Shown piece after piece: positions 19,806 through 29,550 of a DNA stretch of 64,000 nt. The stretch is taken from NCBI GenBank assembly GCA_012523975.1, contig JAAYSF010000073.1, positions 416-64,415 of the forward strand, written 5' to 3'. Under the pieces are notes generated by a model. It was not told the DNA's origin, ran no database searches, and saw only the letters and a program-made list of their open reading frames with translations. Source of the DNA: Veillonellaceae bacterium. Lineage in GTDB: Bacteria > Bacillota > Negativicutes > JAAYSF01. Every line of letters starts with the position of its first letter. Within the stretch, counting starts at the first letter, position 1. A program made the position numbers and the translations under genes.

Positions 19806-20680
19806 TGGATCTTAGAAGGACAATGCTGTTCATTCCGGGTAATAATCCCGGAATGCTGCAAAATGGCGGTGTGTTCGGCGCTGACTCGGTTATCTTAGAT
19901 GTCGAGGATGCGGTGGCTCCGGGCGAGAAAGATGCGGCGCGTCTATTGGTAGCCCATTCATTGCTTAATGTTAACTATGGGCGCAGCGAAACCGTTGTCC
20001 GGATAAATACCATAGACACTTTTGGCAAAGAAGATATAAGAACCCTTGTTCCGTGTCAGCCGGACCTGTTTCTGGTGCCCAAAGTAGAGTCGGCTGCAGA
20101 TATAAAAGCAGTGGTCTCCCTGATTGAAGCGGCTGAAAAGCCTGGTCAGAAACGGGTGAATTTGATTGCTTTGCTTGAAACGCCGCGTGGTATTGCCGAG
20201 GCGTATAATATTGCTAAGGCTGACGAACGCGTAGTCGCACTGGCCTTGGGTGCCGAGGATTATACGGCAGTGCTCGGCGCTAATCGTACAAAACAAGGAA
20301 CAGAGATATTCACAGCCCGCACGTTGATTGTAAATGCGGCGGCTGCGGCCGGCATCCAATCAATAGATACTCCGTACACCGATGCTAATGATGAGCAAGG
20401 ACTTTTAGAGGATACCGAGATGGCCAAACAACTTGGCTTTAAGGGTAAATTAGCTATAAATCCGCGGCAAATTGATATTATTCATGAGGTGTTTAATCCG
20501 ACTGAGCATGATATCGAATGGGCGGAGCGGGTTGTAGAGGCTATTCGGCTGGCCGAAGCCGAAGGCTCAGGCGTTGCATCACTTCACGGCAAAATGGTTG
20601 ATGCGCCTGTTGTTAATCGCGCAGAACGTATCCTATACTTAGCAAGGCTGTTGGGCTTGGTTAAGGAGGCTGAGATATGA
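19805..20680 (+). CDS. citE: Citrate/citramalate lyase beta subunit (citryl-CoA lyase, HpcH/HpaI aldolase fold)
   Basis: About 290 aa, CitE-like motifs. Operon position after citD. Confidence 0.85.
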   Translation: MDLRRTMLFIPGNNPGMLQNGGVFGADSVILDVEDAVAPGEKDAARLLVAHSLLNVNYGRSETVVRINTIDTFGKEDIRTLVPCQPDLFLVPKVESAADIKAVVSLIEAAEKPGQKRVNLIALLETPRGIAEAYNIAKADERVVALALGAEDYTAVLGANRTKQGTEIFTARTLIVNAAAAAGIQSIDTPYTDANDEQGLLEDTEMAKQLGFKGKLAINPRQIDIIHEVFNPTEHDIEWAERVVEAIRLAEAEGSGVASLHGKMVDAPVVNRAERILYLARLLGLVKEAEI

Positions 20681-22218
20681 GAAATGCAATTAATCGTGAA
20701 ATACCTGAGCAAATAGAGGGCTATGGCAAGGTAGTGCCCTTCGCCGGGGCCTTTAATACTCCGCCGAATATGGAGCGTCGGGCGCCTAAGGTAAAGATGG
20801 TTAGGCCCCGTCAAAGCAAGCTGTTAAATAGTTTAGAACAAGCATTTAAGGCCATACCGGTTGTCGACGGCATGACACTTTCGTTCCATCATCACTTTCG
20901 GAATGGTGATAAAGTTGTTAACATGGTATTGGCAACTGCGGCTCAACTCGGCATTAAGAATCTAAAAGTTGCGCTAAGTTCGGTTTTTCCGGTGCACAAA
21001 CCGTTAATCGATCATATTAAAAACGGTGTTGTTACCGCTCTTGACATCAACTACATGTCAGGGCCTGTCGCTCAGGCAATATCACACGGCATCTTAGCCA
21101 AGCCTGTAATTATGCGTACGCATGGCGGGCGGGCGCGGGCTATTGAGTGCGGACAGCTTAAAATTGACGTTGCTTTCATAGCCGCGCCTGCTGCCGACGA
21201 ATATGGCAATATTAACGGTGTTCAGGGTACCGCAGCCTGCGGTTCGCTTGGTTATGCTTTTCCTGACGCCCAATATGCCGACCATGTTATAGCGGTCACC
21301 GATTGTATTTTTGATTATCCGCTAATGCCTGTTTCGATCCCGCAAACTCGGGTTGATTATGTTGTAAAAGTCGACAGTGTTGGTGACCCTAAAGGAATAG
21401 TCTCCGGCACTACCCGTATTACTAAAGACCCGGTAGGCCTAAAAATTGCAGATAATGCAGCCAGGGTAATAAAAGCTGCCGGCCTGATAAAAGATGGCTT
21501 TTCCTTCCAAACGGGAGCTGGTGGAGCGTCGTTGGCTACAGCCCACTTTGTCCGTCAAATGATGGAGAAGCAGAATATAACCGGGAGTTTTGCATTAGGC
21601 GGAATAACCGGCTATATGGTAGAAATGCTGGAAAAGGGCTTGTTTAAAAAGCTAATGGATGTGCAAGGTTTTGACTTAGAAGCAGTCAGATCAATCGGAT
21701 CTAATCCTAACCACCTGGAAATTGGTGCTGATTATTACGCCAGTCCATACAATTCGGGGTGTACCGTAAATATGCTCGACGCTGTTATCTTAGGGGCAAC
21801 TGAAATTGACACCGACTTTAATGTAAACGTTGTTACTGGCTCTGACGGCGTTATAATGGGCGGTTCGGGCGGGCACGCCGATGCAGCGGCGGGAGCTGAA
21901 ATCACGATTGTTGTGGCCAATCTGTTGCGCGGTCGTTTGCCGATTATTGTTGACAAAGTATTAACCGTTACAACACCGGGTGAAACCATTGACGTACTGG
22001 TAACCGAACGCGGCGTAGCTGTAAATCCCCAGCGCGAAGATTTGAAAGAACAATTGAAAGCGGCGGGATTGTTGGTTAAAGATATTACTGAATTGAAAGC
22101 TTTGGCCGAAGATATTGCCGGCGAGCCTGATGCGGTAGTTACCGGTGATAATATTGTTGCTGTAGTTGAGTACCGTGACGGGACTATAATTGATGTTGTT
22201 CGCCAGGTGGTGGACTGA
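20677..22218 (+). CDS. citF: Citrate/citramalate lyase alpha subunit (citrate CoA-transferase)
   Basis: About 513 aa CitF-like. Operon order citD-E-F. Confidence 0.85.
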   Translation: MRNAINREIPEQIEGYGKVVPFAGAFNTPPNMERRAPKVKMVRPRQSKLLNSLEQAFKAIPVVDGMTLSFHHHFRNGDKVVNMVLATAAQLGIKNLKVALSSVFPVHKPLIDHIKNGVVTALDINYMSGPVAQAISHGILAKPVIMRTHGGRARAIECGQLKIDVAFIAAPAADEYGNINGVQGTAACGSLGYAFPDAQYADHVIAVTDCIFDYPLMPVSIPQTRVDYVVKVDSVGDPKGIVSGTTRITKDPVGLKIADNAARVIKAAGLIKDGFSFQTGAGGASLATAHFVRQMMEKQNITGSFALGGITGYMVEMLEKGLFKKLMDVQGFDLEAVRSIGSNPNHLEIGADYYASPYNSGCTVNMLDAVILGATEIDTDFNVNVVTGSDGVIMGGSGGHADAAAGAEITIVVANLLRGRLPIIVDKVLTVTTPGETIDVLVTERGVAVNPQREDLKEQLKAAGLLVKDITELKALAEDIAGEPDAVVTGDNIVAVVEYRDGTIIDVVRQVVD

Positions 22219-22219
22219 T

Positions 22220-23272
22220 ATGTCGTGGGGTGGTTTTGACGAACGTATTATTAATCTCAATAATGCGCGTCAAGTTAATGAAGTTAGGCAATTCTTGTCT
22301 AACTTCGATCTCATATTTGACGAAACTGCTATCGAGTATACAATGGCCTTATACCGGGATAATTCTATTATTGCGACAGGGTCGTTTATGGGAGAAGTTC
22401 TTCGGAATATTGCAGTCGAGGATTCTTTGCAGGGCGAGGGACTAACGTCGGTGGTTATTAGTCATTTGCTTAAAGCAGCCTCGCGTCGGGGGATTTTCCA
22501 TTATTTTATTTATACTAAACCAGAAAAGGCCCATTTATTTGCCGCGCTCGGCTTTAAAGAGATTGGCAAGGTTGAACCATATGCCGCTCTCTTGGAATCA
22601 GGGCTTGGGTCAATTGACAGCTATTGCCGGGAAATATCGGCAAGCGCCGCTAAATTGCCTCCGGAAAACCGGGCGTGTCTGGTAGTAAATTGCAACCCCT
22701 TTACGCTAGGGCACAAGGCTGTTATAGCCAAGGCGGCCGCTGAAAATCAAGGTGTGGTTGTCCTTGTGGTTAGTGAAGAAAAGTCAGTGTTTCCGTTTGA
22801 GGTACGGCTTGATTTAGTTAAAGCGGGATTATCGGAATATAATAATGTAGTGATTGTTCCGGCCGGAAAATATATTGTATCGGCCGCGACTTTTCCTGGG
22901 TATTTTACGCGGGGCGATGAGACGGTGTTGGCTCAGACAAGACTTGATGCTGAGATTTTCAGTCGTCATATCGCTCCAGCCTTAAAAGTAACTACCCGCT
23001 ACGTTGGTAGTGAACCCTACTGTTCAATAACCAGGGCATATAATCAGGCATTGCTGGAGGTTTTACCCCAAAAGGGGATCAAGGTAGTCGAGATGCCGCG
23101 CCTGGCGATTAACGGGGAAATAATCAGTGCCTCAAAAGTAAGGCAGGCTATTCGGGATAATGACTGGCAAACTGTAAGAAGGATGGTTCCCGACTCTACC
23201 TATTTGTATTTAATATCAGATGAGGGCAAACTAATTGCTAACATAATAAGGCGAGTTAAGTCCCGTCATTAA
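22220..23272 (+). CDS. citC: [Citrate (pro-3S)-lyase] ligase (N-terminal GNAT plus cytidylyltransferase-like domain)
   Basis: NCNPFTLGHKAVI nucleotidyltransferase (HxGH-like) motif. Size and context fit CitC. Confidence 0.8.
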   Translation: MSWGGFDERIINLNNARQVNEVRQFLSNFDLIFDETAIEYTMALYRDNSIIATGSFMGEVLRNIAVEDSLQGEGLTSVVISHLLKAASRRGIFHYFIYTKPEKAHLFAALGFKEIGKVEPYAALLESGLGSIDSYCREISASAAKLPPENRACLVVNCNPFTLGHKAVIAKAAAENQGVVVLVVSEEKSVFPFEVRLDLVKAGLSEYNNVVIVPAGKYIVSAATFPGYFTRGDETVLAQTRLDAEIFSRHIAPALKVTTRYVGSEPYCSITRAYNQALLEVLPQKGIKVVEMPRLAINGEIISASKVRQAIRDNDWQTVRRMVPDSTYLYLISDEGKLIANIIRRVKSRH

Positions 23273-23388
23273 GATGCCGGCAACGGGAAAACTAAAGCTA
23301 ATAGCTAGATATTCTGGTTAAAAACTGGTTGTCAACCTATTTGGATTGTGCTAAAATTAACGTGAATGTGGGTAATAGGAGGTAAAAA

Positions 23389-24231
23389 ATGCGTTCGATT
23401 AATGTTGAAGAAGTTACTCAGGCAGTGGCAAAGCTCTGTGTAGATGCTTGCTATTATTTGTCGGAGGATGTTTACGAAGCACTTGTCAAAGCTAAAGAAA
23501 CAGAAGAATCTCCACTAGGAAAAGATGTAATTAGCCAGATAGTGCAAAACGCCGATATCGCAAGAAACGAAGATAGGCCGATCTGTCAGGATACTGGTAT
23601 GACGGTCATTTTTATGGAAATCGGTCAAGATGTGCATTTTGTTGGCGGCAATCTCGAAGATGCAGTAAATGCCGGGGTTGCTAAAGGTTACACCGAAGGT
23701 TATCTTCGGAAGTCGGTAGTGGCCGAACCTCTATTCGACCGCAAAAACACGACTAACAATACTCCTGCTGTGATCCATACTTATATTGTTCCCGGTGACA
23801 AAGTTAAAATTAAAGTTGCTCCCAAAGGGTTCGGCAGTGAGAACAAAAGCGGGCTTAAAATGCTTGTTCCTGCTGACGGCGTAGAAGGAGTTAAAAAGGC
23901 AGTATTGGATATTGTTCAAAGTGCCGGTATGAACCCATGCCCGCCGACAGTTATTGGGGTTGGTATTGGCGGAACAATGGAAAAATCAGCAATCTTAGCT
24001 AAAAAGGCACTGCTTCGGTCAATCAAAGTGCGCAATCCGCATCCGGAGTATGCTAAATTAGAACAAGAACTTTTAGAAATGGTTAATAAAACTGGTATTG
24101 GACCTCAGCTTGGTGGTACCACAACAGCGCTTGCTGTAAACGTTGAATGGTATCCCACGCATATTGCTGGATTGCCTGTAAGTGTAAATATAAATTGCCA
24201 CGCTACAAGGCATGCTGAGATTGAGCTGTAA
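23389..24231 (+). CDS. Fe-S hydro-lyase (class I fumarate hydratase/tartrate dehydratase) alpha subunit, probable mesaconase
   Basis: FumA N-terminal domain homolog with Cys ligands (CQDTGM...). Context with the methylaspartate pathway. Confidence 0.8.
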   Translation: MRSINVEEVTQAVAKLCVDACYYLSEDVYEALVKAKETEESPLGKDVISQIVQNADIARNEDRPICQDTGMTVIFMEIGQDVHFVGGNLEDAVNAGVAKGYTEGYLRKSVVAEPLFDRKNTTNNTPAVIHTYIVPGDKVKIKVAPKGFGSENKSGLKMLVPADGVEGVKKAVLDIVQSAGMNPCPPTVIGVGIGGTMEKSAILAKKALLRSIKVRNPHPEYAKLEQELLEMVNKTGIGPQLGGTTTALAVNVEWYPTHIAGLPVSVNINCHATRHAEIEL

Positions 24232-24242
24232 GGAGGTGTAAA

Positions 24243-24803
24243 GTGATGGCAGAAAAAATTCGCATTACCACACCGCTAACTGATGAAGCGGCCCGTAAGC
24301 TTAAAGCAGGTGACAGCGTACTTATAAGCGGTGTTATCTATAGCGCTCGCGATGCAGCGCATAAGCGTATGGTTGAAACCTTAGATCGCGGTGAAAAATT
24401 ACCAGTTGATTTAACTAATCAAATTGTTTACTATTTGGGACCAACGCCTGCAAAACCAGGCAATCCGATTGGATCGGCTGGCCCTACTACTTCAGGCCGG
24501 ATGGACGCTTATGCTCCTAAGATTATTGAACAAGGCTTGAAAGGCATGATAGGCAAGGGTTCACGTTCCGCAGAGGTAGTAGATGCAATGAAAAAACATG
24601 GTGCTGTTTATTTTGCCGCTGTTGGCGGAGCTGCAGCGCTGATTTCAAAGTGTATTAAAAAGTACGAAGTACTGGCGTATGGCGATCTTGGCCCTGAGGC
24701 TATAGCAGCGTTGACGGTAGAAGACTTCCCGGCAATAGTCGTTGTCGACAGTGAAGGAAATAACTTTTACGAAGAAGGTCAAAAACCGTATCGCAGACTT
24801 TAA
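24243..24803 (+). CDS. Fe-S hydro-lyase beta subunit (class I fumarase C-terminal domain), mesaconase partner
   Basis: About 186 aa beta-subunit homolog immediately downstream of the alpha subunit. Confidence 0.8.
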   Translation: MMAEKIRITTPLTDEAARKLKAGDSVLISGVIYSARDAAHKRMVETLDRGEKLPVDLTNQIVYYLGPTPAKPGNPIGSAGPTTSGRMDAYAPKIIEQGLKGMIGKGSRSAEVVDAMKKHGAVYFAAVGGAAALISKCIKKYEVLAYGDLGPEAIAALTVEDFPAIVVVDSEGNNFYEEGQKPYRRL

Positions 24804-25012
24804 TTAATTCTTATTGTCGTTCATCTGTTTTAAAGTTCAAATACTGCTTACTGCGTATTAGATCCTCGTTATAGTGCCAAGCGCATTCATAATATTAAGA
24901 CAGATGCTATTTTTTTTGGCTAGATATAAGACAAGCAAAAATTAGGCTGCCAGATTGGCAGGGAGGCGGCGGCTCCGATTAATATCCGCCGAATATTACA
25001 GGAGGTAAAAGC

Positions 25013-25633
25013 ATGAACAACAATCTTGACTTTTATATCAGGCGCGTTCATTCGATTTCAGGTCTTGTTCCTATCGGTTTTTTCTTACTAGAGCATATCT
25101 TCTCGATCTCAACTGTACTAGGAGGCGGCGCAGCCTTTGATGCAACAGTTGCCAAACTTGCAGCTATTCCGGCCGAAATTATGCTGCCGCTTGAGATTTT
25201 TGCTATCGCTATTCCTTTCTTGTTCCATGCAATCTATGGACTGTACATAACCTTTAATGCTAAAAATAATCAGGGTGATTATGGTTATGTTCGCAACTGG
25301 CAGTTTTATTTGCAGCGCATGACCGCTCTTTATCTTGCAGTATTCCTCATCTGGCACGTAGGATATCTGCGTATCATGCTTAAAGGCAGCGGTGTACCTA
25401 TTAATTACGATTTAATGCATGGCTACCTATCCAACCCGATTGTGCTGGTTCTATATTGCATCGGTATTGTTGCAGCGATTTTCCACTTCACCAATGGTCT
25501 TTTCACAATGTCTATTACTTGGGGTGTAACAGTTGGTCCTCGCGCTCAGGCATTTGCGAACAAGATTGCTTGGGGATTATGCGCGGTACTGTCAATCGTT
25601 GCTGTAATGGCCACGATTGCCTTTGCATCCTAA
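25013..25633 (+). CDS. sdhC: Succinate dehydrogenase/fumarate reductase cytochrome b membrane anchor
   Basis: 5-TM 206-aa protein with conserved His ligands. Precedes the flavoprotein gene. Confidence 0.8.
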   Translation: MNNNLDFYIRRVHSISGLVPIGFFLLEHIFSISTVLGGGAAFDATVAKLAAIPAEIMLPLEIFAIAIPFLFHAIYGLYITFNAKNNQGDYGYVRNWQFYLQRMTALYLAVFLIWHVGYLRIMLKGSGVPINYDLMHGYLSNPIVLVLYCIGIVAAIFHFTNGLFTMSITWGVTVGPRAQAFANKIAWGLCAVLSIVAVMATIAFAS

Positions 25634-25671
25634 CTTAGTTATTTACATTAAAAATTAAGGAGAGAACCCGA

Positions 25672-27423
25672 GTGAAAAAGAAAATTATAGTTGTTGGCGG
25701 CGGTTTGTCCGGCTTAATGGCTACTTTAAAGATTTGCGAAGCCGGCGGCGAAGTTGATTTATTCTCGTATTGCCCGGTAAAACGTTCTCATTCCCTTTGT
25801 GCACAAGGCGGTATGAATGCTTGTATGGATACAAAGGGTGAAAATGATAGCACTTATGAACATTTTGATGATACTGTTTATGGTGGTGACTTCCTTGCCG
25901 ACCAGACTGCAATAAAAGGCATGTGCGAAGCCGCTCCTAAATTGATTAAAATGTTCGATCGTATGGGTGTTCCATTTACTCGTACAGCTGAAGGCTTAAT
26001 GGACCTTCGTAATTTCGGCGGTCAGAAAAACAAACGTACTTTATTTTCTGGTTCCACTACCGGTCAGCAACTTCTTTACGCGCTTGACGAACAAGTTCGT
26101 GCCTGGGAAGTAAAAGGTGCTGTTAAGAAATACGAATTCTGGGAATTCATCAAAATCATTAAAAATAAAGAAGGCATTTGCCGCGGTGCTGTATGCCAAG
26201 ACATGAATACCATGGAAATCAAAGCCTTCCGCGCTGATACAGTTATCCTGGCAACAGGCGGCCCTGGTATGATATTCGGCAGATGTACTGCTTCGACAAT
26301 CTGTAATGGTTCAGCAGTATCTGCTGTATACCAGCAAGGCGCTAAAATCGGTAACCCTGAATTTATTCAGATTCACCCGACCGCAATTCCTGGTTCCGAT
26401 AAAAACCGCTTAATGTCAGAAGCTTGCCGTGGTGAAGGCGGCCGTGTTTGGGTATATAAAGATGGTAAGCCTTGGTACTTCTTGGAAGAAATGTACCCTG
26501 CATATGGCAACCTTGTACCGCGTGACGTAGCATCTCGTGCGATTTACGATGTATGCGTAAACCAAAAACTTGGTATCGACGGCGAAAACAAAGTATATCT
26601 TGACCTTTCCCATATTCCGGCTGATTACCTCGAGCGTAAACTGGGCGGTATTCTGGAAATGTATTCGGAATTCGTGGGCGATGACCCCCGTAAAGTTCCG
26701 ATGCAAATTTATCCTTCCGTTCACTATTCCATGGGCGGTATCTGGGTAGATATTAAACACAATACCAACATTCCTGGTCTTATGGCATCTGGCGAATGTG
26801 ATTATCAATATCACGGTGCAAACCGTCTTGGTGCAAACTCACTTCTATCCGCTTGCTATTCTGGTACTGTATCCGGTCCGGAAGCTATGCGTTGGGCTAA
26901 ACAAGGGGAAAAAGGTTCAGAACTTACTGACGCAGAATTGAAAAAAGCCGAAGACGAAGCTCGCGCTGAATATGAAGCCATCTTAAAAATGGATGGACCA
27001 GAAAATGCGCATCAGCTACACCATGAACTCGGTAACTTAATGACCAGATACGTTACCATCGAGCGTGTGAATAAAGACCTTGATTACTGTTTCGCTGAAG
27101 TAAAGAAAATTCTTAAACGTTGGGATAATATCGGCCTAACTGACAGATCAACCTGGGCAAACCAAGAAGCAATGTTTGTAAGACAGCTTCGCAATATGAT
27201 TATTTATGCTTTAGTAATAACCAAAGCAGCACGTATGCGTGATGAAAGCCGCGGCGCGCACTACAAGCGCGAATTCCCAACCCGTGATGACGAACGCTTC
27301 ATGAAGATTACAATCGCTGAATATGACCCGGCAACAGAAGAACCTATAATTAGCTATGAGGATTTTGATCATTCGCTGGTTAAACCGCGTCCTCGTAACT
27401 ATGCTGTTGCCAAAAAAGCGTAA
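25672..27423 (+). CDS. sdhA: Succinate dehydrogenase/fumarate reductase flavoprotein subunit
   Basis: N-terminal FAD-binding GGGLSGL. Covalent-FAD His region and RxxH active site. Confidence 0.9.
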   Translation: MKKKIIVVGGGLSGLMATLKICEAGGEVDLFSYCPVKRSHSLCAQGGMNACMDTKGENDSTYEHFDDTVYGGDFLADQTAIKGMCEAAPKLIKMFDRMGVPFTRTAEGLMDLRNFGGQKNKRTLFSGSTTGQQLLYALDEQVRAWEVKGAVKKYEFWEFIKIIKNKEGICRGAVCQDMNTMEIKAFRADTVILATGGPGMIFGRCTASTICNGSAVSAVYQQGAKIGNPEFIQIHPTAIPGSDKNRLMSEACRGEGGRVWVYKDGKPWYFLEEMYPAYGNLVPRDVASRAIYDVCVNQKLGIDGENKVYLDLSHIPADYLERKLGGILEMYSEFVGDDPRKVPMQIYPSVHYSMGGIWVDIKHNTNIPGLMASGECDYQYHGANRLGANSLLSACYSGTVSGPEAMRWAKQGEKGSELTDAELKKAEDEARAEYEAILKMDGPENAHQLHHELGNLMTRYVTIERVNKDLDYCFAEVKKILKRWDNIGLTDRSTWANQEAMFVRQLRNMIIYALVITKAARMRDESRGAHYKREFPTRDDERFMKITIAEYDPATEEPIISYEDFDHSLVKPRPRNYAVAKKA

Positions 27424-27441
27424 AAAGGAGGTTGGATAATC

Positions 27442-28200
27442 ATGGCAGAAAATAAGAAAAAAGTTCATTTTATTATAGAAAGACAAGATGGTCCTAACTC
27501 CAAACCTTACACAGAAGAGTTTGAAGTTGACTATCGCCCTGCACTTAATGTTGTTGCGTGTCTTATGGAAATTCAAAAGAATCCTGTAACAAAAGACGGC
27601 AAAAAGACAACTGCCCCTGTTTGGGAATGTAACTGTCTTGAAAAAGTTTGCGGTGCGTGCACAATGGTTATTAATGGTAAGGTTCAACAAGCATGCTCAG
27701 CATTGATTGATCACCTGCAACAGCCAATTCGCCTTGCGCCGGCTCGTACCTTCCCTGTTATCCGTGACCTTCACATTGACCGTACCTTAATGTTTGAAAA
27801 CTTAAAACGCATTCAAGGTTGGGTAAAGGTTGATGGAACCTGGGAAGTGCATAACGATGCTCCGCGTCAGAATCCGAGGGTTGCTCAAGAAGCATACGAG
27901 ATTTCCCGCTGCATGACTTGCGGATGCTGTATGGAAGCCTGCCCTAACGTTAACCCTGGTTCAGATTTCATCGGACCACAGCCATTAGGACAAGTGCATT
28001 TGTTCAACTTGCACCCAATTGGTGAGTATTTTAAGGAAGATCGCCTGAATGCAATTATGGCCAAAGGTGGTATCGCTAGCTGCGGTAACAGCCAAAACTG
28101 CGTACAAGCTTGCCCTAAGGAAATTAAACTTACCACTTATATTGCTAAATTGAACAGAGAAACTAATAAACAAGCCCTGAAAAATCTGTTCAATAAGTAA
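27442..28200 (+). CDS. sdhB: Succinate dehydrogenase/fumarate reductase iron-sulfur subunit
   Basis: 2Fe-2S and 4Fe-4S/3Fe-4S Cys clusters (CxxxxCxxC...CMTCGCC...CPK). Confidence 0.9.
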   Translation: MAENKKKVHFIIERQDGPNSKPYTEEFEVDYRPALNVVACLMEIQKNPVTKDGKKTTAPVWECNCLEKVCGACTMVINGKVQQACSALIDHLQQPIRLAPARTFPVIRDLHIDRTLMFENLKRIQGWVKVDGTWEVHNDAPRQNPRVAQEAYEISRCMTCGCCMEACPNVNPGSDFIGPQPLGQVHLFNLHPIGEYFKEDRLNAIMAKGGIASCGNSQNCVQACPKEIKLTTYIAKLNRETNKQALKNLFNK

Positions 28201-28342
28201 GCCGCAAAGTTATAGTTTAAGATTTGCTATGACAAGCATTTTGTGATAATATAAGTTATGTGATTAGTAGCCAAGGCTTTTCGCCTTGGCTACTAATTTA
28301 ACTAATTCCTAAGATTCAATAAATATTTCCAAAAGAAAAGTA

Positions 28343-28371
28343 TTGACTGTTATGTAACCTTATGATACAAT
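28343..28371 (+). promoter_or_regulatory. Sigma-A-type promoter TTGACT-N17-TACAAT (extended TG) for the tRNA operon
   Basis: Consensus -35, 17-nt spacer, TGaTACAAT -10. About 15 nt upstream of tRNA-Pro. Confidence 0.55.
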
Positions 28372-28386
28372 AGTTTTTGTGATTAA

Positions 28387-28463
28387 CGGGGCGTGGCTCA
28401 GTTTGGTAGAGCACCTGGCTTGGGACCAGGGGGTCGCAGGTTCGAATCCTGCCGCTCCGACCA
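28387..28463 (+). tRNA. tRNA-Pro (anticodon TGG)
   Basis: Cloverleaf with acceptor cggggcg/cgctccg, anticodon loop cTTGGGa, encoded CCA. Confidence 0.9.
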
Positions 28464-28477
28464 CAATATAATAATAA

Positions 28478-28551
28478 GCGGGTGTAGCTCAATGGTAGAG
28501 CCCTAGCCTTCCAAGCTAGTCACGTGGGTTCGATTCCCATCACCCGCTCCA
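28478..28551 (+). tRNA. tRNA-Gly (anticodon TCC)
   Basis: Cloverleaf with acceptor gcgggtg/cacccgc, anticodon loop cTTCCAa, encoded CCA. Confidence 0.9.
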
Positions 28552-28556
28552 ATTTT

Positions 28557-28633
28557 GTCCCAGTAGCTCAGTTGGATAGAGCAACGGCCTTCTAAGCCGT
28601 GTGTCGGGAGTTCGAATCTCTCCTGGGACGCCA
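28557..28633 (+). tRNA. tRNA-Arg (anticodon TCT)
   Basis: Cloverleaf with acceptor gtcccag/ctgggac, anticodon loop cTTCTAa, encoded CCA. Confidence 0.9.
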
Positions 28634-28647
28634 TTGAATTTTAGCAT

Positions 28648-28690
28648 AAAAGCCATCTAGTAAAATTACTAGATGGCTTCTTATTTAGTG
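28648..28690 (+). terminator. Intrinsic terminator after the tRNA cluster (aagccatctagtaa..ttactagatggctt + T-rich)
   Basis: 14-bp stem hairpin followed by CTTATTT. Confidence 0.55.
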
Positions 28691-28759
28691 CAGATTGAAT
28701 CAAATTTATCTGATGACCAAGACGGTAATACTCCCGGCTTCTCACTTTATACATCTATC

Positions 28760-29173
28760 TTATATTAGCTCATTCTTATTGAAAAAAATTTCGATTTCTC
28801 GCTCCGCGCTGCTAATACTATCTGATCCGTGAATAATATTTCTTTCTATTGTCAGTCCGAAGTCGCCGCGGATTGTGCCTGGTGCTGCTTCCGCTGGATT
28901 AGTGGGGCCAATCATTGCGCGTACAATTTTGACTGCATTTTCACCGGTAAGAACCATAGCTAAAACGGGGCCTGACATTATATAATTTACAAGATTGCTA
29001 TTGAAACTTTTACCTCTATGCTCTTTATAATGCTCATCAGCCTGCTCAGCCAATATATTAAAAAATTTTACTCCTGCAATTTTTAGCCCACGCCGTTCAA
29101 ATCGACTAATTATATCTCCGCAGACACCTTTGGCCACGCCATCGGGCTTAATTAATACAAATGTTCTTTCCAC
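28760..29173 (-). CDS. ndk: Nucleoside diphosphate kinase
   Basis: ERTFVLIKPDGV...NIIHGSD motifs. Probable GTG start (MERTF...) with a GAGGAAA RBS. The ORF-track start at 29188 is TTG. Confidence 0.9.
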   Translation of the reverse strand: MERTFVLIKPDGVAKGVCGDIISRFERRGLKIAGVKFFNILAEQADEHYKEHRGKSFNSNLVNYIMSGPVLAMVLTGENAVKIVRAMIGPTNPAEAAPGTIRGDFGLTIERNIIHGSDSISSAEREIEIFFNKNELI

Positions 29174-29197
29174 TGGCTTTCCTCGCAATCATCGAAT

Positions 29198-29367
29198 TAT
29201 CTTATATCGTGTTGTTCCATAATTTCTGATTCCGAGCCATGGACACCACACTCAGGGCAAAACCATGACCGTAATCTGAGCAATACGGCTTTATCATCAA
29301 ACTCATAATTTAACTTCGTGTATTTTACTGTTTTTTCATCATGCTCACACCAAGCTTTTTTCTCCAT
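29198..29367 (-). CDS. Small zinc-ribbon protein (56 aa; WCEHD...CPEC)
   Basis: Under the 60-aa ORF-track cutoff. GAGGGGTGG RBS 5 nt from the ATG. Co-oriented with ndk, gap 9-24 nt. Confidence 0.45.
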
Positions 29368-29382
29368 AAGAACCACCCCTCA

Positions 29383-29419
29383 CAATATGATAGAATATAT
29401 TGAATATTCTATCATATTG
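29383..29419. promoter_or_regulatory. Perfect 16-bp inverted repeat with 5-nt spacer (CAATATGATAGAATAT-attga-ATATTCTATCATATTG), operator-like
   Basis: Read directly from the sequence. Lies in the promoter region of the minus-strand zinc-ribbon/ndk unit and in the divergent intergenic region. Confidence 0.5.
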
Positions 29420-29550
29420 CCATCGCTCCGCGCAATTATTTCAAAGATTTTTTATCAACATATGTACCACCCGGGTATTGATGAGCAGGATTTATTATCT
29501 TTAAGTATGAAAATATAATAATATAGTAAAATAATGCTGGAGGTTAGGTT

